A program made the position numbers and the translations under genes. Below are positions 40,016 through 49,689 of a DNA stretch of 64,000 bases, piece by piece. The DNA comes from an uncultured Spirochaetales bacterium (GTDB lineage: Bacteria; Spirochaetota; Spirochaetia; SPDA01; CAZSGZ01): positions 7,976 to 71,975 of the forward strand of contig CAYTSI010000001.1 of NCBI GenBank assembly GCA_964440465.1. Reading direction: 5' to 3'. Every line of letters begins with the position of its first letter. The stretch's first letter is position 1. Below the pieces are notes generated by a model. The model was not told the DNA's origin. It saw only the letters and a list, made by a program, of their open reading frames with translations, and ran no database searches.

Positions 40016-40306
40016 ATGTATTTTGGAGATTGGCTGCGGAGCAGCGACGTTGTAAATTCCTGGTACCTTTCGTACCGCTCGGAAGACCCGGGATTTCCGA
40101 ATAAAATTGATGAGCTGCTGGGCCGAAACAGTCAGGTGCAGAAAATCAGCTCCACCTGCCTGCTTGTGGAGTCGACTGAATCGAAGAAGGTGATTGTAAA
40201 AAAGCTTCAAAAATATATTTCACCTTCCGATGAAGTTGTGTTTCTCTTTCCTCATCAGAGGATGGTGGCGTATCAAATCCTGCGGCCCTTTGAAGAACAG
40301 GCCTAG
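40016..40306 (+). CDS. hypothetical small protein (96 aa)
   Basis: ORF 24 nt downstream of thiI on the same strand with no recognisable motif; 4-nt convergent overlap with the FmdB gene. Confidence 0.4.
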   Translation: MYFGDWLRSSDVVNSWYLSYRSEDPGFPNKIDELLGRNSQVQKISSTCLLVESTESKKVIVKKLQKYISPSDEVVFLFPHQRMVAYQILRPFEEQA

Positions 40307-40614
40307 GCGCTTTTCTTTTTTTCCTTCGTTTCTTTCGGTTCTTTCGCTCCGTTTTTTGTATCCGAAGCCGGTGTTTTGCTGTCGTCCGGTTTCTTCTTTT
40401 CTTCATTCGATACGGAGGTGCTGCCGGAGCTGCTTTTCTTGCTGTCGGTAACGTAGAATCCGCTTCCCTTGAAAATAATTCCCACTCCTCCACCTATGAG
40501 CCGCTGCACTTTTTTCCCGCACTCGGGACATTTTTTCAGCGGATCATCGGACATACTCTGAAACACTTCAAAGGTATATCCGCAGGATGTGCATTCGTAG
40601 TCATAGGTAGGCAT
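40303..40614 (-). CDS. FmdB-family zinc-ribbon protein
   Basis: N-terminal MPTYDYECTSCGYTFE...CPECG zinc ribbon with a low-complexity Lys/Ser-rich tail. Confidence 0.8.
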   Translation of the reverse strand: MPTYDYECTSCGYTFEVFQSMSDDPLKKCPECGKKVQRLIGGGVGIIFKGSGFYVTDSKKSSSGSTSVSNEEKKKPDDSKTPASDTKNGAKEPKETKEKKKSA

Positions 40615-40657
40615 CTTGTACTCCTTTCGGTGCCGAAAAATATTCTATAATATACTA

Positions 40658-41437
40658 CTATTTTTCAATTCCGTCCATCCGAACATCAATGTGTTTTGAA
40701 TAGAGCAGTTTCTTTATTTCCCCTACCGTATAGCCTTGTAGATGGACCATGGAGGCTATCAGCGCGGCATCCGCCTTTCCTTTTGTCAGCACGTCGGCAA
40801 GGTGCATCGGCGTACCCGCGCCGCCGGAAGCTACAACCGGAACGCCGACAGATTCCGATATACGCCGTGTTACCGTTATATCGTAGCCTTCCTCGGTACC
40901 GTCGGCATCGATTGAGTTAACGACGATTTCACCCGCCCCCCGCTCCACCGCTTCCTTTGCCCAGGAAAGCGCGTCCAAACCCGTGGCTTTTCTGCCGCCG
41001 TTAATGTACACCCGGTATCCCGAGAGCATCGCCGGGTCCGCTTTCGCGTCCATTCCGAGAACGATGCACTGACTGCCGAAAAGGGACGCCCCCGCGTCAA
41101 TTATTCCGGGGTTGTTGACTGCCTGGGAATTGACACTTACTTTTTCCCCCCCCGCTAACAGAACGCTCCGCATATCGTCGACATTTCCGATGCCGCCTCC
41201 CACCGCGAAGGGGATAAAAATTTTTTCAGCCACCCGCCTGACAACATCGATAATAATACCCCGGTTTTCAGCGGAAGCGGTAATATCGTAAAAAACCAGC
41301 TCGTCGGCTCCCTGGCGGTAATATTCTTCCGCCATTTCAACCGGGTCCCCAATATCGACATTGCCTTTGAACTTGATTCCCTTTGTCGTTTTCCCGTCCC
41401 GGACATCGAGGCACACGATAATTCGTTTCTTGAGCAT
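40658..41437 (-). CDS. hisF: imidazole glycerol phosphate synthase cyclase subunit HisF (or WbuY-like paralogue)
   Basis: (beta/alpha)8 HisF motifs ([34 protein letters not shown]). Confidence 0.85.
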   Translation of the reverse strand: MLKKRIIVCLDVRDGKTTKGIKFKGNVDIGDPVEMAEEYYRQGADELVFYDITASAENRGIIIDVVRRVAEKIFIPFAVGGGIGNVDDMRSVLLAGGEKVSVNSQAVNNPGIIDAGASLFGSQCIVLGMDAKADPAMLSGYRVYINGGRKATGLDALSWAKEAVERGAGEIVVNSIDADGTEEGYDITVTRRISESVGVPVVASGGAGTPMHLADVLTKGKADAALIASMVHLQGYTVGEIKKLLYSKHIDVRMDGIEK

Positions 41438-41455
41438 CGCGTTATCCCTTCATTC

Positions 41456-42073
41456 CTATTCCTTCATTTTCGCGAAATTTGTAAGCAGCCGCAGCCCCGC
41501 GGTCCCCGATTTTTCGGGATGAAACTGCACCGCCGACACGTTGTCCTTCCGGTAACATGACGCGAAGGGAAGGATATAATCGGTGCTGCCCGCTACATAC
41601 TCCTCCTCATCGGGTCGGGGATAATAACTGTGAACGAAATAAAACGAGGACCCCCTGGGGATACCGGCAAATAACGCCCCCCCGGCCCCCTCCCGGACAT
41701 CGACTTCGTTCCATCCCATGTGGGGTACTTTATGTCCCTCCCGAAAGGGAAAGCGCGCGACACGCCCCGAAATAACGCCGAGACACGGCGTGTCCCGTTC
41801 CTCCGAAGTGTCGAAGAGAATTTGATACCCGATACAAATACCCAAAAAGGGCTTCCCCTTTTCTATCTGGCCTGCCACCGCTTCGTCCAGCCCTTTTTTT
41901 TTCAGCACATCCATTGCCGCCCGCGCCTCCCCCACTCCGGGGAAAATCAGTTTCTTAGCCTGCTCCAGCCCCCGGGGTACATCGGTAACGAAATAATCGA
42001 TACCGCAAAACGTGAGGGCGGTTTCAACACTCCTAAGGTTTCCGGCCTCGTAGTCAATTACACCGATTTTCAT
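41456..42073 (-). CDS. hisH: imidazole glycerol phosphate synthase glutaminase subunit HisH (or WbuX-like paralogue)
   Basis: Class I GATase triad context (GICIGYQ, HMGWN, FHPE). Confidence 0.85.
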   Translation of the reverse strand: MKIGVIDYEAGNLRSVETALTFCGIDYFVTDVPRGLEQAKKLIFPGVGEARAAMDVLKKKGLDEAVAGQIEKGKPFLGICIGYQILFDTSEERDTPCLGVISGRVARFPFREGHKVPHMGWNEVDVREGAGGALFAGIPRGSSFYFVHSYYPRPDEEEYVAGSTDYILPFASCYRKDNVSAVQFHPEKSGTAGLRLLTNFAKMKE

Positions 42074-42999
42074 GGCAGACCCGCTTCTTCCTCCGGTAAA
42101 AATGAAAACAGCAGCCGCAGGACCTCGGCATCATCGAGATACATCCCGGAAATTCGGACGGAAGCGCCTACGGCGGCAATCGAAAGCTGCTCTTTCAGCT
42201 CCTCCATCGTCCCCAGCTTGTTCTGCCGGAACCATCCGATCATCAGGATCTTTGAAAGCATTGCCATTGCCTCTGCTTTTTTCCCATCCGTAAGAACAAA
42301 AACACCCGACAGGCGGTACTCGAACCCGCTTGTAAACAGGGTAAACCACATCGACTTGAGGGGGAATTTCCCGGTATCCACGGGAAGCCCTTCTAAAAGT
42401 CCCGACGCGGGGTCGCCTATATACAGAACGATGTCGGAAACCTCAAACTCCTTCAGCGCCTCGTAGGCAATACCCGCCGGCCGGCGGGAAGCAAAGCGCA
42501 GCAGCATTTCTTCCAGCAGCCCGGTGGAAAAGAAAATGAGGCCCTTTTCGGGTACGGCAAACTCTAATCCGGTACGAGCGTTTTTATACCATGCCGGGGC
42601 CGAGGATTGTTTCTCCCACCCCTCCTCTTTTTTAATGATGGATTCTGTAATTCCTTTCGGGAACCGCCCCTGTATAATAATCGAGAAATCAGCTTTCATG
42701 CCCGGCTGTGTACGGTTATACGCGAAAAACACATTTTCCGTCCTGCCGAGGGCTTTTTGCAAATCCGCCGCTTCCCCGGGTGTGTTTTCACCTCCTACAA
42801 AGAGACTGATAATTTCATGAAAGAGTGCTTCGTTGGAAACAGCGTTGATTTTTCCAAGCACCTGAGAGGAATCTGGAAGAAAATGGACCGGCCGCTCTAC
42901 CGAAGTGAATTCCGGCGACGAAGCGCAGGAAAATAACAGGAACGCGGCGACAGGCCCCAGTACCGAGGCAATGATTTTATGCTTTTTCCAGGCTGACAA
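42070..42999 (-). CDS. hypothetical lipoprotein
   Basis: The ORF-track ATG (43095) lies 118 nt inside ileS. A TTG at 42999 gives MSAWKKHKIIASVLGPVAAFLLFSCASS, a canonical lipoprotein signal peptide with lipobox, overlapping the ileS 3' end by 23 nt. Confidence 0.5.
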   Translation of the reverse strand: MSAWKKHKIIASVLGPVAAFLLFSCASSPEFTSVERPVHFLPDSSQVLGKINAVSNEALFHEIISLFVGGENTPGEAADLQKALGRTENVFFAYNRTQPGMKADFSIIIQGRFPKGITESIIKKEEGWEKQSSAPAWYKNARTGLEFAVPEKGLIFFSTGLLEEMLLRFASRRPAGIAYEALKEFEVSDIVLYIGDPASGLLEGLPVDTGKFPLKSMWFTLFTSGFEYRLSGVFVLTDGKKAEAMAMLSKILMIGWFRQNKLGTMEELKEQLSIAAVGASVRISGMYLDDAEVLRLLFSFLPEEEAGLP

Positions 43000-45900
43000 G
43001 ACAGTTCTCCTCCCCGCATTCGACTTCGTGCCCTTCGTCCGGTTTTTCCCACTCCCAATTGACCGCCAGCGTTTCAGACAGCAGATAATCTTCAAAGGCG
43101 CTCACCGCCGTTTTCAGGTCCTCCTGCCCGTACAGCCGCAGGCGGATCCGGTCGGTAACGTCGAGGTCCGCCTCTTTCCGCATATTCTGCACGTACCGCA
43201 CAAGGTCTCGAACAATCCCCTCCTGCTTCAGCTCATCCGTAATTTCCGGATCGAGGGCAACCGTAAGGGAATCTTCGTTGAGCACTTTCAGGTTTTCTTT
43301 TTCCAGCCGCTGCACGATAATTCCGTCCCGAGTCAGATCAAAGGTGCTGTCCGTTAAATCGAGAGCGAGAGTAGCACCTTCCATAAGCGACTGTATCTCC
43401 CGCATATTCAGCTGCTCGATTTTCCGCGCCGCCTCTTTCATATGCTTTCCCAGTTCTTTCCCTAGAATTTTAAAATTCGCCTTTGCCGAATATACAACGA
43501 CATCCTCTTCATTGTCCCGGAAAATGACGTCCTTTACATTCAATTCGTCCCGGATAATGTCTTCCATTTCACGCAGTATTTTCCGTTCCTCCACATCGAG
43601 GGTCACTACATGAATTGCCTTCAGGGGCTGCCGGATCTTGATTTCATGCATGCTCCGCAGGGCCCTTCCGAGACTGACAGCCTTTCTCGTAATAGCCATC
43701 TTCTGTTCCAATTCCTCGTCCCGTTTTTTCTCGTCTCCAACGGGGAAATCACAGAGGTGGACCGATTCCGGCATCGTCTCATCCCGAAGGTTTTGGTAAA
43801 TCTCTTCGGTTATAAACGGGACAACCGGGCATGCCGATACAATCAGCTTCATGAGAACGGCAAACAGTGTCTGATACGCCTGTTCCTTGTCGAGGTCGTT
43901 TCCCGATTTCCAGAACCGGCGTCTCGACCGCCTGATATACCAGTTATTCAAAAGATCGATAAAATCAACCATCGGGCTGATGGCTTTCTGCAGATCGTAT
44001 GCTTCAAAGTTTTCCGTAACCTCGAGGACCATCCCCTCCGCTTCGGACAAAATCCACCGGTCTAACGGATTTTCCGGACTATCCGGAGCTTTTTTCGGTT
44101 TCACATTGTCGATGTTCGCGTAGGTAATGAAAAAACTGTAGGCGTTCCAAAGCGGAATGATGATGGTCTTCAGGATGTCTTTTACGCCGTCGTCGGAATA
44201 TTTCAGGTCCTCCGCCTTCACAACGGATGAATACATTAAAAAGAGGCGGAGAGCGTCGGCGCCGTACTTGTTGATAACATCCATCGGATCGGTATAGTTT
44301 CGTTCCGACTTACTCATCTTTTTTCCGTCTTCGGCAAGAACGAGGCCGTTGACAATAACGTTTTTAAACGCCGGACCCTTGAACAGCGCCGCGGCGAGAA
44401 TTGTAAGGGTATAAAACCATCCCCGGGTCTGATCGAGGCCTTCGCTGATAAAATCGGCGGGGAAATTCCTTTCAAAAAACTCTTTGTTTTCAAACGGATA
44501 ATGGTTCTGCGCGTAGGGCATGGCGCCGGATTCAAACCAGCAGTCCAGAACTTCCGGAATACGGCCCATTGTACCGCCGCAGGAACACGGGTAGGTCAGT
44601 TCATCGACATAATGCTTGTGAAGGTCCTCCGTGTGCTTTCCCGTTTTTTCCTCCAGCTCCTTCTTCGACCCGATGCATTCGATCGCTTCGCAGGAATCGC
44701 AGCGCCAGATGGGAATCGGATTTCCCCAGTAACGGTTGCGGGAAATTGCCCAGTCCCGGGCGTTCTCGAGCCATTTACCGAAACGTCCCTGCCGAAGGTG
44801 GTCCGGGACCCAGTATACCGTATCGTTCGCCTCGAGCATGTCCTGTTTAATTTTGCCGATGTCCACAAACCAGGAGGATATTGCACGGTAGATAAGGGGG
44901 GAGGAGCAGCGCCAGCAGTGGGGGTAGTTATGAAGATAATTGTCCCGTTTTACCAGGCTCCCTTCATCTTTCAGCCGCTGAATAATACCCTTGTCCGCGT
45001 CTTTTACAAAATAGCCCGCAAAATCGCTTACCTCTTCGGTAAACTTTCCTTCCGCGTCCACCGGACAGATCGTGGACACTCCGGTATCTTTCAGGACGCG
45101 GTAATCGTCCTCTCCAAAACCCGGTGCTGTGTGGACGATCCCGGTCCCTTCCTCGGTACTGACATGTTCTCCCGAATAAATTTGAAAAGCCCCGTTTTCT
45201 TTTTCATCGGCGAAATAGGGAAAGAGCGGTTCGTACGAACCGCCTACAAGGTCGCTGCCCTTGAATTCCCGCACAACCGAGTACTCCTCCTCGCCGCGGT
45301 AGTACGACGAAAGAAGCGCCTTTGCTACAATATAGTGTTCTTCCCCGTCCTCCACCTCGACGTAATCGATCTCTTCTCCCACCGTCAGCGCGAGGTTCGA
45401 AGGAAGCGTCCAGGGAGTCGTTGTCCATGCCAGGTAATATACATTGCCGGTACCGGTTTTTTTGAATTTAACGGTAATAGCGGGATCGTGCACCTCCTTG
45501 TATCCACCCAGGTTAAGCTCGTGATTTGAAAGGACCGTGGAACATCGCGGACAGTAGGGAAGAATGTAATGCCCTTCGAAAAGCAGCTCCTTTTCCCAAA
45601 GCTGCTTCACCACCCACCAGATCGATTCCATGTAATCGGGTTCCATCGTTTTATAATCATGGTCGAAATCGACCCAGCGTCCGAGGCGGGTAATTACCTG
45701 CCGCCATTCGGCCGTATACCGGAGAACAATGGACCTGCAGGATTCGTTGAATTTCGCAATGCCGAAATCCTCTATTTCGTTCTTGCCGGAAATGCCCAGC
45801 TCTTTTTCCATTTCGTATTCCACCGGAAGGCCGTGACAGTCCCAGCCGAAACGCCGTTCGACTTTTTTCCCCTTCATTGTCTGATAACGGGGGACAATGT

Positions 45901-46096
45901 CTTTTATCGTACCCGGAACAAAATGTCCGAAATGAGGCAGCCCGGTTGCAAAAGGAGGTCCGTCGTAAAATACGTATTCTTCGCGGCCCTCTCTCTCTTC
46001 AATCGATTTCGTAAATATATTTTTCTCCTGCCAAAATTTCAGTATTTCCTCTTCCATCTTCGGAAAACTGACTTTCGGGTCAACGGGTTTATACAA
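42977..46096 (-). CDS. ileS: isoleucine--tRNA ligase, type 2 (eukaryote/archaeal-like)
   Basis: HIGH motif (PHFGHFVPG), KMSKS motif, 1039 aa with the type-2 style N-terminus FPKMEEEILKFWQEKNIF. Confidence 0.9.
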   Translation of the reverse strand: MYKPVDPKVSFPKMEEEILKFWQEKNIFTKSIEEREGREEYVFYDGPPFATGLPHFGHFVPGTIKDIVPRYQTMKGKKVERRFGWDCHGLPVEYEMEKELGISGKNEIEDFGIAKFNESCRSIVLRYTAEWRQVITRLGRWVDFDHDYKTMEPDYMESIWWVVKQLWEKELLFEGHYILPYCPRCSTVLSNHELNLGGYKEVHDPAITVKFKKTGTGNVYYLAWTTTPWTLPSNLALTVGEEIDYVEVEDGEEHYIVAKALLSSYYRGEEEYSVVREFKGSDLVGGSYEPLFPYFADEKENGAFQIYSGEHVSTEEGTGIVHTAPGFGEDDYRVLKDTGVSTICPVDAEGKFTEEVSDFAGYFVKDADKGIIQRLKDEGSLVKRDNYLHNYPHCWRCSSPLIYRAISSWFVDIGKIKQDMLEANDTVYWVPDHLRQGRFGKWLENARDWAISRNRYWGNPIPIWRCDSCEAIECIGSKKELEEKTGKHTEDLHKHYVDELTYPCSCGGTMGRIPEVLDCWFESGAMPYAQNHYPFENKEFFERNFPADFISEGLDQTRGWFYTLTILAAALFKGPAFKNVIVNGLVLAEDGKKMSKSERNYTDPMDVINKYGADALRLFLMYSSVVKAEDLKYSDDGVKDILKTIIIPLWNAYSFFITYANIDNVKPKKAPDSPENPLDRWILSEAEGMVLEVTENFEAYDLQKAISPMVDFIDLLNNWYIRRSRRRFWKSGNDLDKEQAYQTLFAVLMKLIVSACPVVPFITEEIYQNLRDETMPESVHLCDFPVGDEKKRDEELEQKMAITRKAVSLGRALRSMHEIKIRQPLKAIHVVTLDVEERKILREMEDIIRDELNVKDVIFRDNEEDVVVYSAKANFKILGKELGKHMKEAARKIEQLNMREIQSLMEGATLALDLTDSTFDLTRDGIIVQRLEKENLKVLNEDSLTVALDPEITDELKQEGIVRDLVRYVQNMRKEADLDVTDRIRLRLYGQEDLKTAVSAFEDYLLSETLAVNWEWEKPDEGHEVECGEENCLVSLEKA

Positions 46097-46241
46097 AATG
46101 TCCTCCTAGGCGTATATATATATACTTTTCTATTAACGAATAAGAATAGTCCGATCATTCTAGAGGGAATCACTTCCCCGTGTCAACCGCTTGCAAATAT
46201 CCGCGTGATTAGGTAGCTTTTCGGCAAGGAGAGGCGCTGCG

Positions 46242-47363
46242 ATGAATATCGACGGAACACCCTACAGGACAATTTGGAGCAGGGAAGAAGACCCGGAATG
46301 TATTACCATCATCGATCAGACAAAACTGCCCCACAGCTTTGTAACGGCGGACCTCCGCACACTCGACGACGCCGCACGGGCCATACAAGAGATGCGGGTA
46401 CGGGGAGCGGGACTTATCGGGGCCGCGGCGGGATACGGGATGTACCTTGCCGCCCTGCGGGCGGGAGACGGTTCCTTCGACAGCGATATGCGGGCCGCGG
46501 CCGAAACCCTTATCCGGACCCGGCCGACGGCGAAAAACCTGGAATGGGCGGTCCGCCGCCAGCTCTCGGCCTTGTCGAAGGTTTCCGGCAGAGAGGCCCG
46601 GATTGAAGCGGCACGGAAAACGGCCGGCGGAATTGCCGACGAAGACGCCGATTTTTGCAGACGGATCGGCGAACACGGCGTCGGCCTCCTCGAAACGATA
46701 CGCTCGCGGAAGCAGGAAGGCCCGGTGCGGGTGCTTACCCACTGCAACGCCGGCTGGCTCGCGTTTGTCGATTACGGCAGCGCGACGTCCCCGGTCTACG
46801 CGGCCTTCAATGCCGGTATTCCCGTCCACGTGTGGGTGGATGAAACCCGTCCCCGGAACCAGGGCGCGGGCCTTACCGCCTGGGAGCTCGGCAAACACGG
46901 CGTCCCCCACGACATTATCGTCGACAACGCGGGAGGCCACCTGATGCAGCACGGCATGGTGGACATTGTCATTGTCGGCGCCGATAGAGTGACCGCCGCC
47001 GGAGACGCGGCAAACAAGATCGGTACCTACCTGAAGGCCCTGGCCGCGGCGGACAACAATGTTCCCTTTTACGTCGCGTTTCCGTCATCAACGGTCGACT
47101 GGGAAATAAAAGACGGAGTACGGGAAATACCCATCGAAGAACGAAGTGAAGATGAAGTACGCACCATCAGCGGCAGGACCGCCGACGGCAGGGTGGAAAA
47201 CGTCCTTCTCTGTCCGGACAATTCCCGCGCCCGGAACTTCGGGTTCGATGTGACCCCCGCCAGGCTCATTACCGGGCTTTTAACGGAACGGGGCATCTGC
47301 GGCGCGTCGGCCGAAGGGATCGCCTCCCTCTATCCGGAGGGGCCCGAGGTCTGGTCCTTGTAG
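46242..47363 (+). CDS. mtnA: S-methyl-5-thioribose-1-phosphate isomerase (eIF-2B alpha/beta/delta-like family)
   Basis: MtnA/eIF2B family pattern throughout (RGAGLIGAAAGYG, VGADRVTAAGD, NKIGTY). Confidence 0.75.
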   Translation: MNIDGTPYRTIWSREEDPECITIIDQTKLPHSFVTADLRTLDDAARAIQEMRVRGAGLIGAAAGYGMYLAALRAGDGSFDSDMRAAAETLIRTRPTAKNLEWAVRRQLSALSKVSGREARIEAARKTAGGIADEDADFCRRIGEHGVGLLETIRSRKQEGPVRVLTHCNAGWLAFVDYGSATSPVYAAFNAGIPVHVWVDETRPRNQGAGLTAWELGKHGVPHDIIVDNAGGHLMQHGMVDIVIVGADRVTAAGDAANKIGTYLKALAAADNNVPFYVAFPSSTVDWEIKDGVREIPIEERSEDEVRTISGRTADGRVENVLLCPDNSRARNFGFDVTPARLITGLLTERGICGASAEGIASLYPEGPEVWSL

Positions 47364-48469
47364 GTTTCGTATATTTCGAGGACTTTGTCAAAGTTCTCGA
47401 TAAACAGGTCCGCTAACACCGGATCGAAATGGCTCCCTTTTTCCTCTTCGAAGAGGGTGAGAATTTTTTCCATCGGCCAGGAGGGTTTATATACCCGGTA
47501 GGAAGAAAGGGCGTCGAAGACGTCGGCAATGGCCGTAATCCTTCCGTAGATATGGATCTCCTCCCCCTTCGTCCGCCCGGGATACCCCGTACCGTCCCAT
47601 TTCTCATGGTGTTCGTACGCCACGATCGAGGCGGCCTTCAGGATCCTCCTGTCCGAGTGCTTCAGCATATCGTGGCCCATAATGGTATGGGTCTTCATTA
47701 TTTCCCACTCCTCGGCATCCAGTTTCCCGGGTTTCAGAAGGACCGAATCGGGGATTGCGATTTTCCCGATATCGTGGAGAGGCGAAGCCAGCTTGAGGAT
47801 CTCCGCTTCGCTTTCCGGCATCTCCACCAGGGTCGACAAAAGCCGGGAATATTCCGCCACCCGTTTTACGTGGTTTCCCGTCTCTTTTGACCGCAGCTCC
47901 GCCGTTTCAGCGAGGGTGAAAATGATTTCACGCTGAGTAGTCTCAATTTCCTCCTGCAGAAGGACCGATTCGAGCTGTTTCCCGGTATAGGTCGCGGCAA
48001 CGAGAAAATGTTCCAAGTCCTGCTGTGTAAAGCCCCCGTCCTCGGTAATTTTATTTACCGCCTGGAAAACACCGATAATATCACCCTCGCTGTTGTTAAT
48101 CGGCAGGGCGATAATGCTCCGGGTGCGGTAGCCCGTCTGTTTGTCCACGTTTTGATCGAAACGCCGGTCGGCATAGGGGTCGTTAATAATTTCCGGCTTG
48201 CCCGACCGCGCAACGTATCCGGCGATGCCGTGGGAAGCGGGGATACGGACCTCTTTCAGTCCGTGGGAGACCCTGCTCCAAAGTTCATCTTTCTTTGTAT
48301 CGAGCAGCCACAATGTACAGGCGTCAGCGCCGATCAGGTCCCGCCCCATGTCGGCAAGCAGGATAAGCAGCTTATCGACATCGCGCTCATTCGCGATACT
48401 GCTGATGGATTTGAGAATAATATGTAGCCGTTCCCGGTCCGAAGACACCCCCGCATTTTCTTTACCCAT
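47330..48469 (-). CDS. GAF-domain HD-GYP phosphodiesterase (probable c-di-GMP hydrolase)
   Basis: N-terminal GAF domain; C-terminal HD (HDIGK) and GYP (HHEKWDGTGYP) motifs. Confidence 0.8.
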   Translation of the reverse strand: MGKENAGVSSDRERLHIILKSISSIANERDVDKLLILLADMGRDLIGADACTLWLLDTKKDELWSRVSHGLKEVRIPASHGIAGYVARSGKPEIINDPYADRRFDQNVDKQTGYRTRSIIALPINNSEGDIIGVFQAVNKITEDGGFTQQDLEHFLVAATYTGKQLESVLLQEEIETTQREIIFTLAETAELRSKETGNHVKRVAEYSRLLSTLVEMPESEAEILKLASPLHDIGKIAIPDSVLLKPGKLDAEEWEIMKTHTIMGHDMLKHSDRRILKAASIVAYEHHEKWDGTGYPGRTKGEEIHIYGRITAIADVFDALSSYRVYKPSWPMEKILTLFEEEKGSHFDPVLADLFIENFDKVLEIYETYKDQTSGPSG

Positions 48470-48501
48470 TCCCTAATAAATATAATAGAGAAGAGTACCG
48501 A

Positions 48502-49689
48502 TTGTCGAGGGTTCTTTTCATTTTTTCATTCTTTTTATACACTTTACGGGTGTTAGCAGCAGCGTATCTTAGCATCGGCGTATTCGCGGGCATAACGGTC
48601 ATTTCTCACATTATTATCTGTATCGGAATTTTCCGTACGCGGCGGCGGGAAAAATATCTCGACAGCGGAAAGATGGACATTTCCGTTATTGTACCGGCGC
48701 GGAACGAAGAAGCAAACCTCCCCCGGCTGTTTTTATCATTAGGACCGCAGATGGAAAACATACGCGAAATAGTGTTTATCAACGACCGTTCCGACGACGG
48801 GACCGCCGGCCTGCTTCGTGATTTTCAGGAAAAACACGGCAGCCGGGTAAAAATTGTTACCCTTACCGCTCAGCCCCGGAACTCCGGCTGTAATCCGAAA
48901 CAGTACGCGCTTCTGCGGGGTATCGAAGCAGCGGAGGGAGATATTTTTCTTTTTACCGACGCGGACTGCGCCGTTCCGCCGGAGTGGACGGACCGGATGT
49001 GCCGCCCGTTTCAAGACCCCGGCGTCGGTTTATGCATCGGCCCGATACAAACCGAGGGGGACGGGAAGTTTCTGTACCGGTACCAGTATTTTGACCACAT
49101 TTTCCGTTACTTTTATACCGCCGGCAGCGCCGGAGCGGGAATGCCCGCCGGAGGGTTCGGAAATAATTTGGCCGTACGAAAGGAGGCCGTTGACGCCGCC
49201 GGCGGATACGGGTCAATAGGATATTCGGTAACGGAAGACGCCGCCCTGATTGTGGCTGTGCGGGACAGGACCGATTTTACCGTAACGGCGGCCGCGTCAA
49301 AGGGGTCGGCGGTAACCGCGCTTCCCCAGCATGCATGGCGGGTCCTTTCCAAACAGGAACGGCGGTGGAGCTACGGGGCCTTCCGCTCACCGGACCCGCA
49401 AACGGTATTCGGTTACGCGGCGGTCATGATTTTTCTGTTTGCCGGACTGGCAGCCATCCCCCTTTCGTTTGTTTTTTCCCCTTTTTCCATTATCATTGCC
49501 TCCACCTTTTCTTCAATGCTGATGGTAGCGGCGGCCGGGGGAATCTGTCTCGGCTGCGGGTTTAAAAAATACTGGCTTTTTCTGCTGCCGAACATCTTTT
49601 TTTCTTCTCTGTTTTATACGTATAATAATATCCTTTCATTTGTTAACATACCAATTACATGGAAAGGAAAAAAACTGGACAAGATGTAA
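48502..49689 (+). CDS. membrane-embedded family-2 glycosyltransferase (synthase-type)
   Basis: GT-A catalytic core (ISVIVPARNEE, DDGT, FTDADC) flanked by TM helices. Alternative start MDISV at 48673. The stop (TAA 49686..49688) overlaps an ATG (49688..49690) in the next gene's frame. Confidence 0.75.
   Translation: MSRVLFIFSFFLYTLRVLAAAYLSIGVFAGITVISHIIICIGIFRTRRREKYLDSGKMDISVIVPARNEEANLPRLFLSLGPQMENIREIVFINDRSDDGTAGLLRDFQEKHGSRVKIVTLTAQPRNSGCNPKQYALLRGIEAAEGDIFLFTDADCAVPPEWTDRMCRPFQDPGVGLCIGPIQTEGDGKFLYRYQYFDHIFRYFYTAGSAGAGMPAGGFGNNLAVRKEAVDAAGGYGSIGYSVTEDAALIVAVRDRTDFTVTAAASKGSAVTALPQHAWRVLSKQERRWSYGAFRSPDPQTVFGYAAVMIFLFAGLAAIPLSFVFSPFSIIIASTFSSMLMVAAAGGICLGCGFKKYWLFLLPNIFFSSLFYTYNNILSFVNIPITWKGKKLDKM

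Noticed and set aside
43000-43095. ATG start of the lipoprotein ORF at 43095
   Set aside because: It would place 118 nt (39 codons of charged, non-signal-peptide sequence) inside the ileS coding region. The TTG at 42999 gives a canonical lipoprotein signal peptide instead.
46097-46241. T-box or SAM riboswitch leader upstream of ileS / mtnA
   Set aside because: Only 145 nt between the divergent starts. No specifier-loop/T-box AGGGUGGNACCGCG-like sequence and no SAM-I consensus visible.
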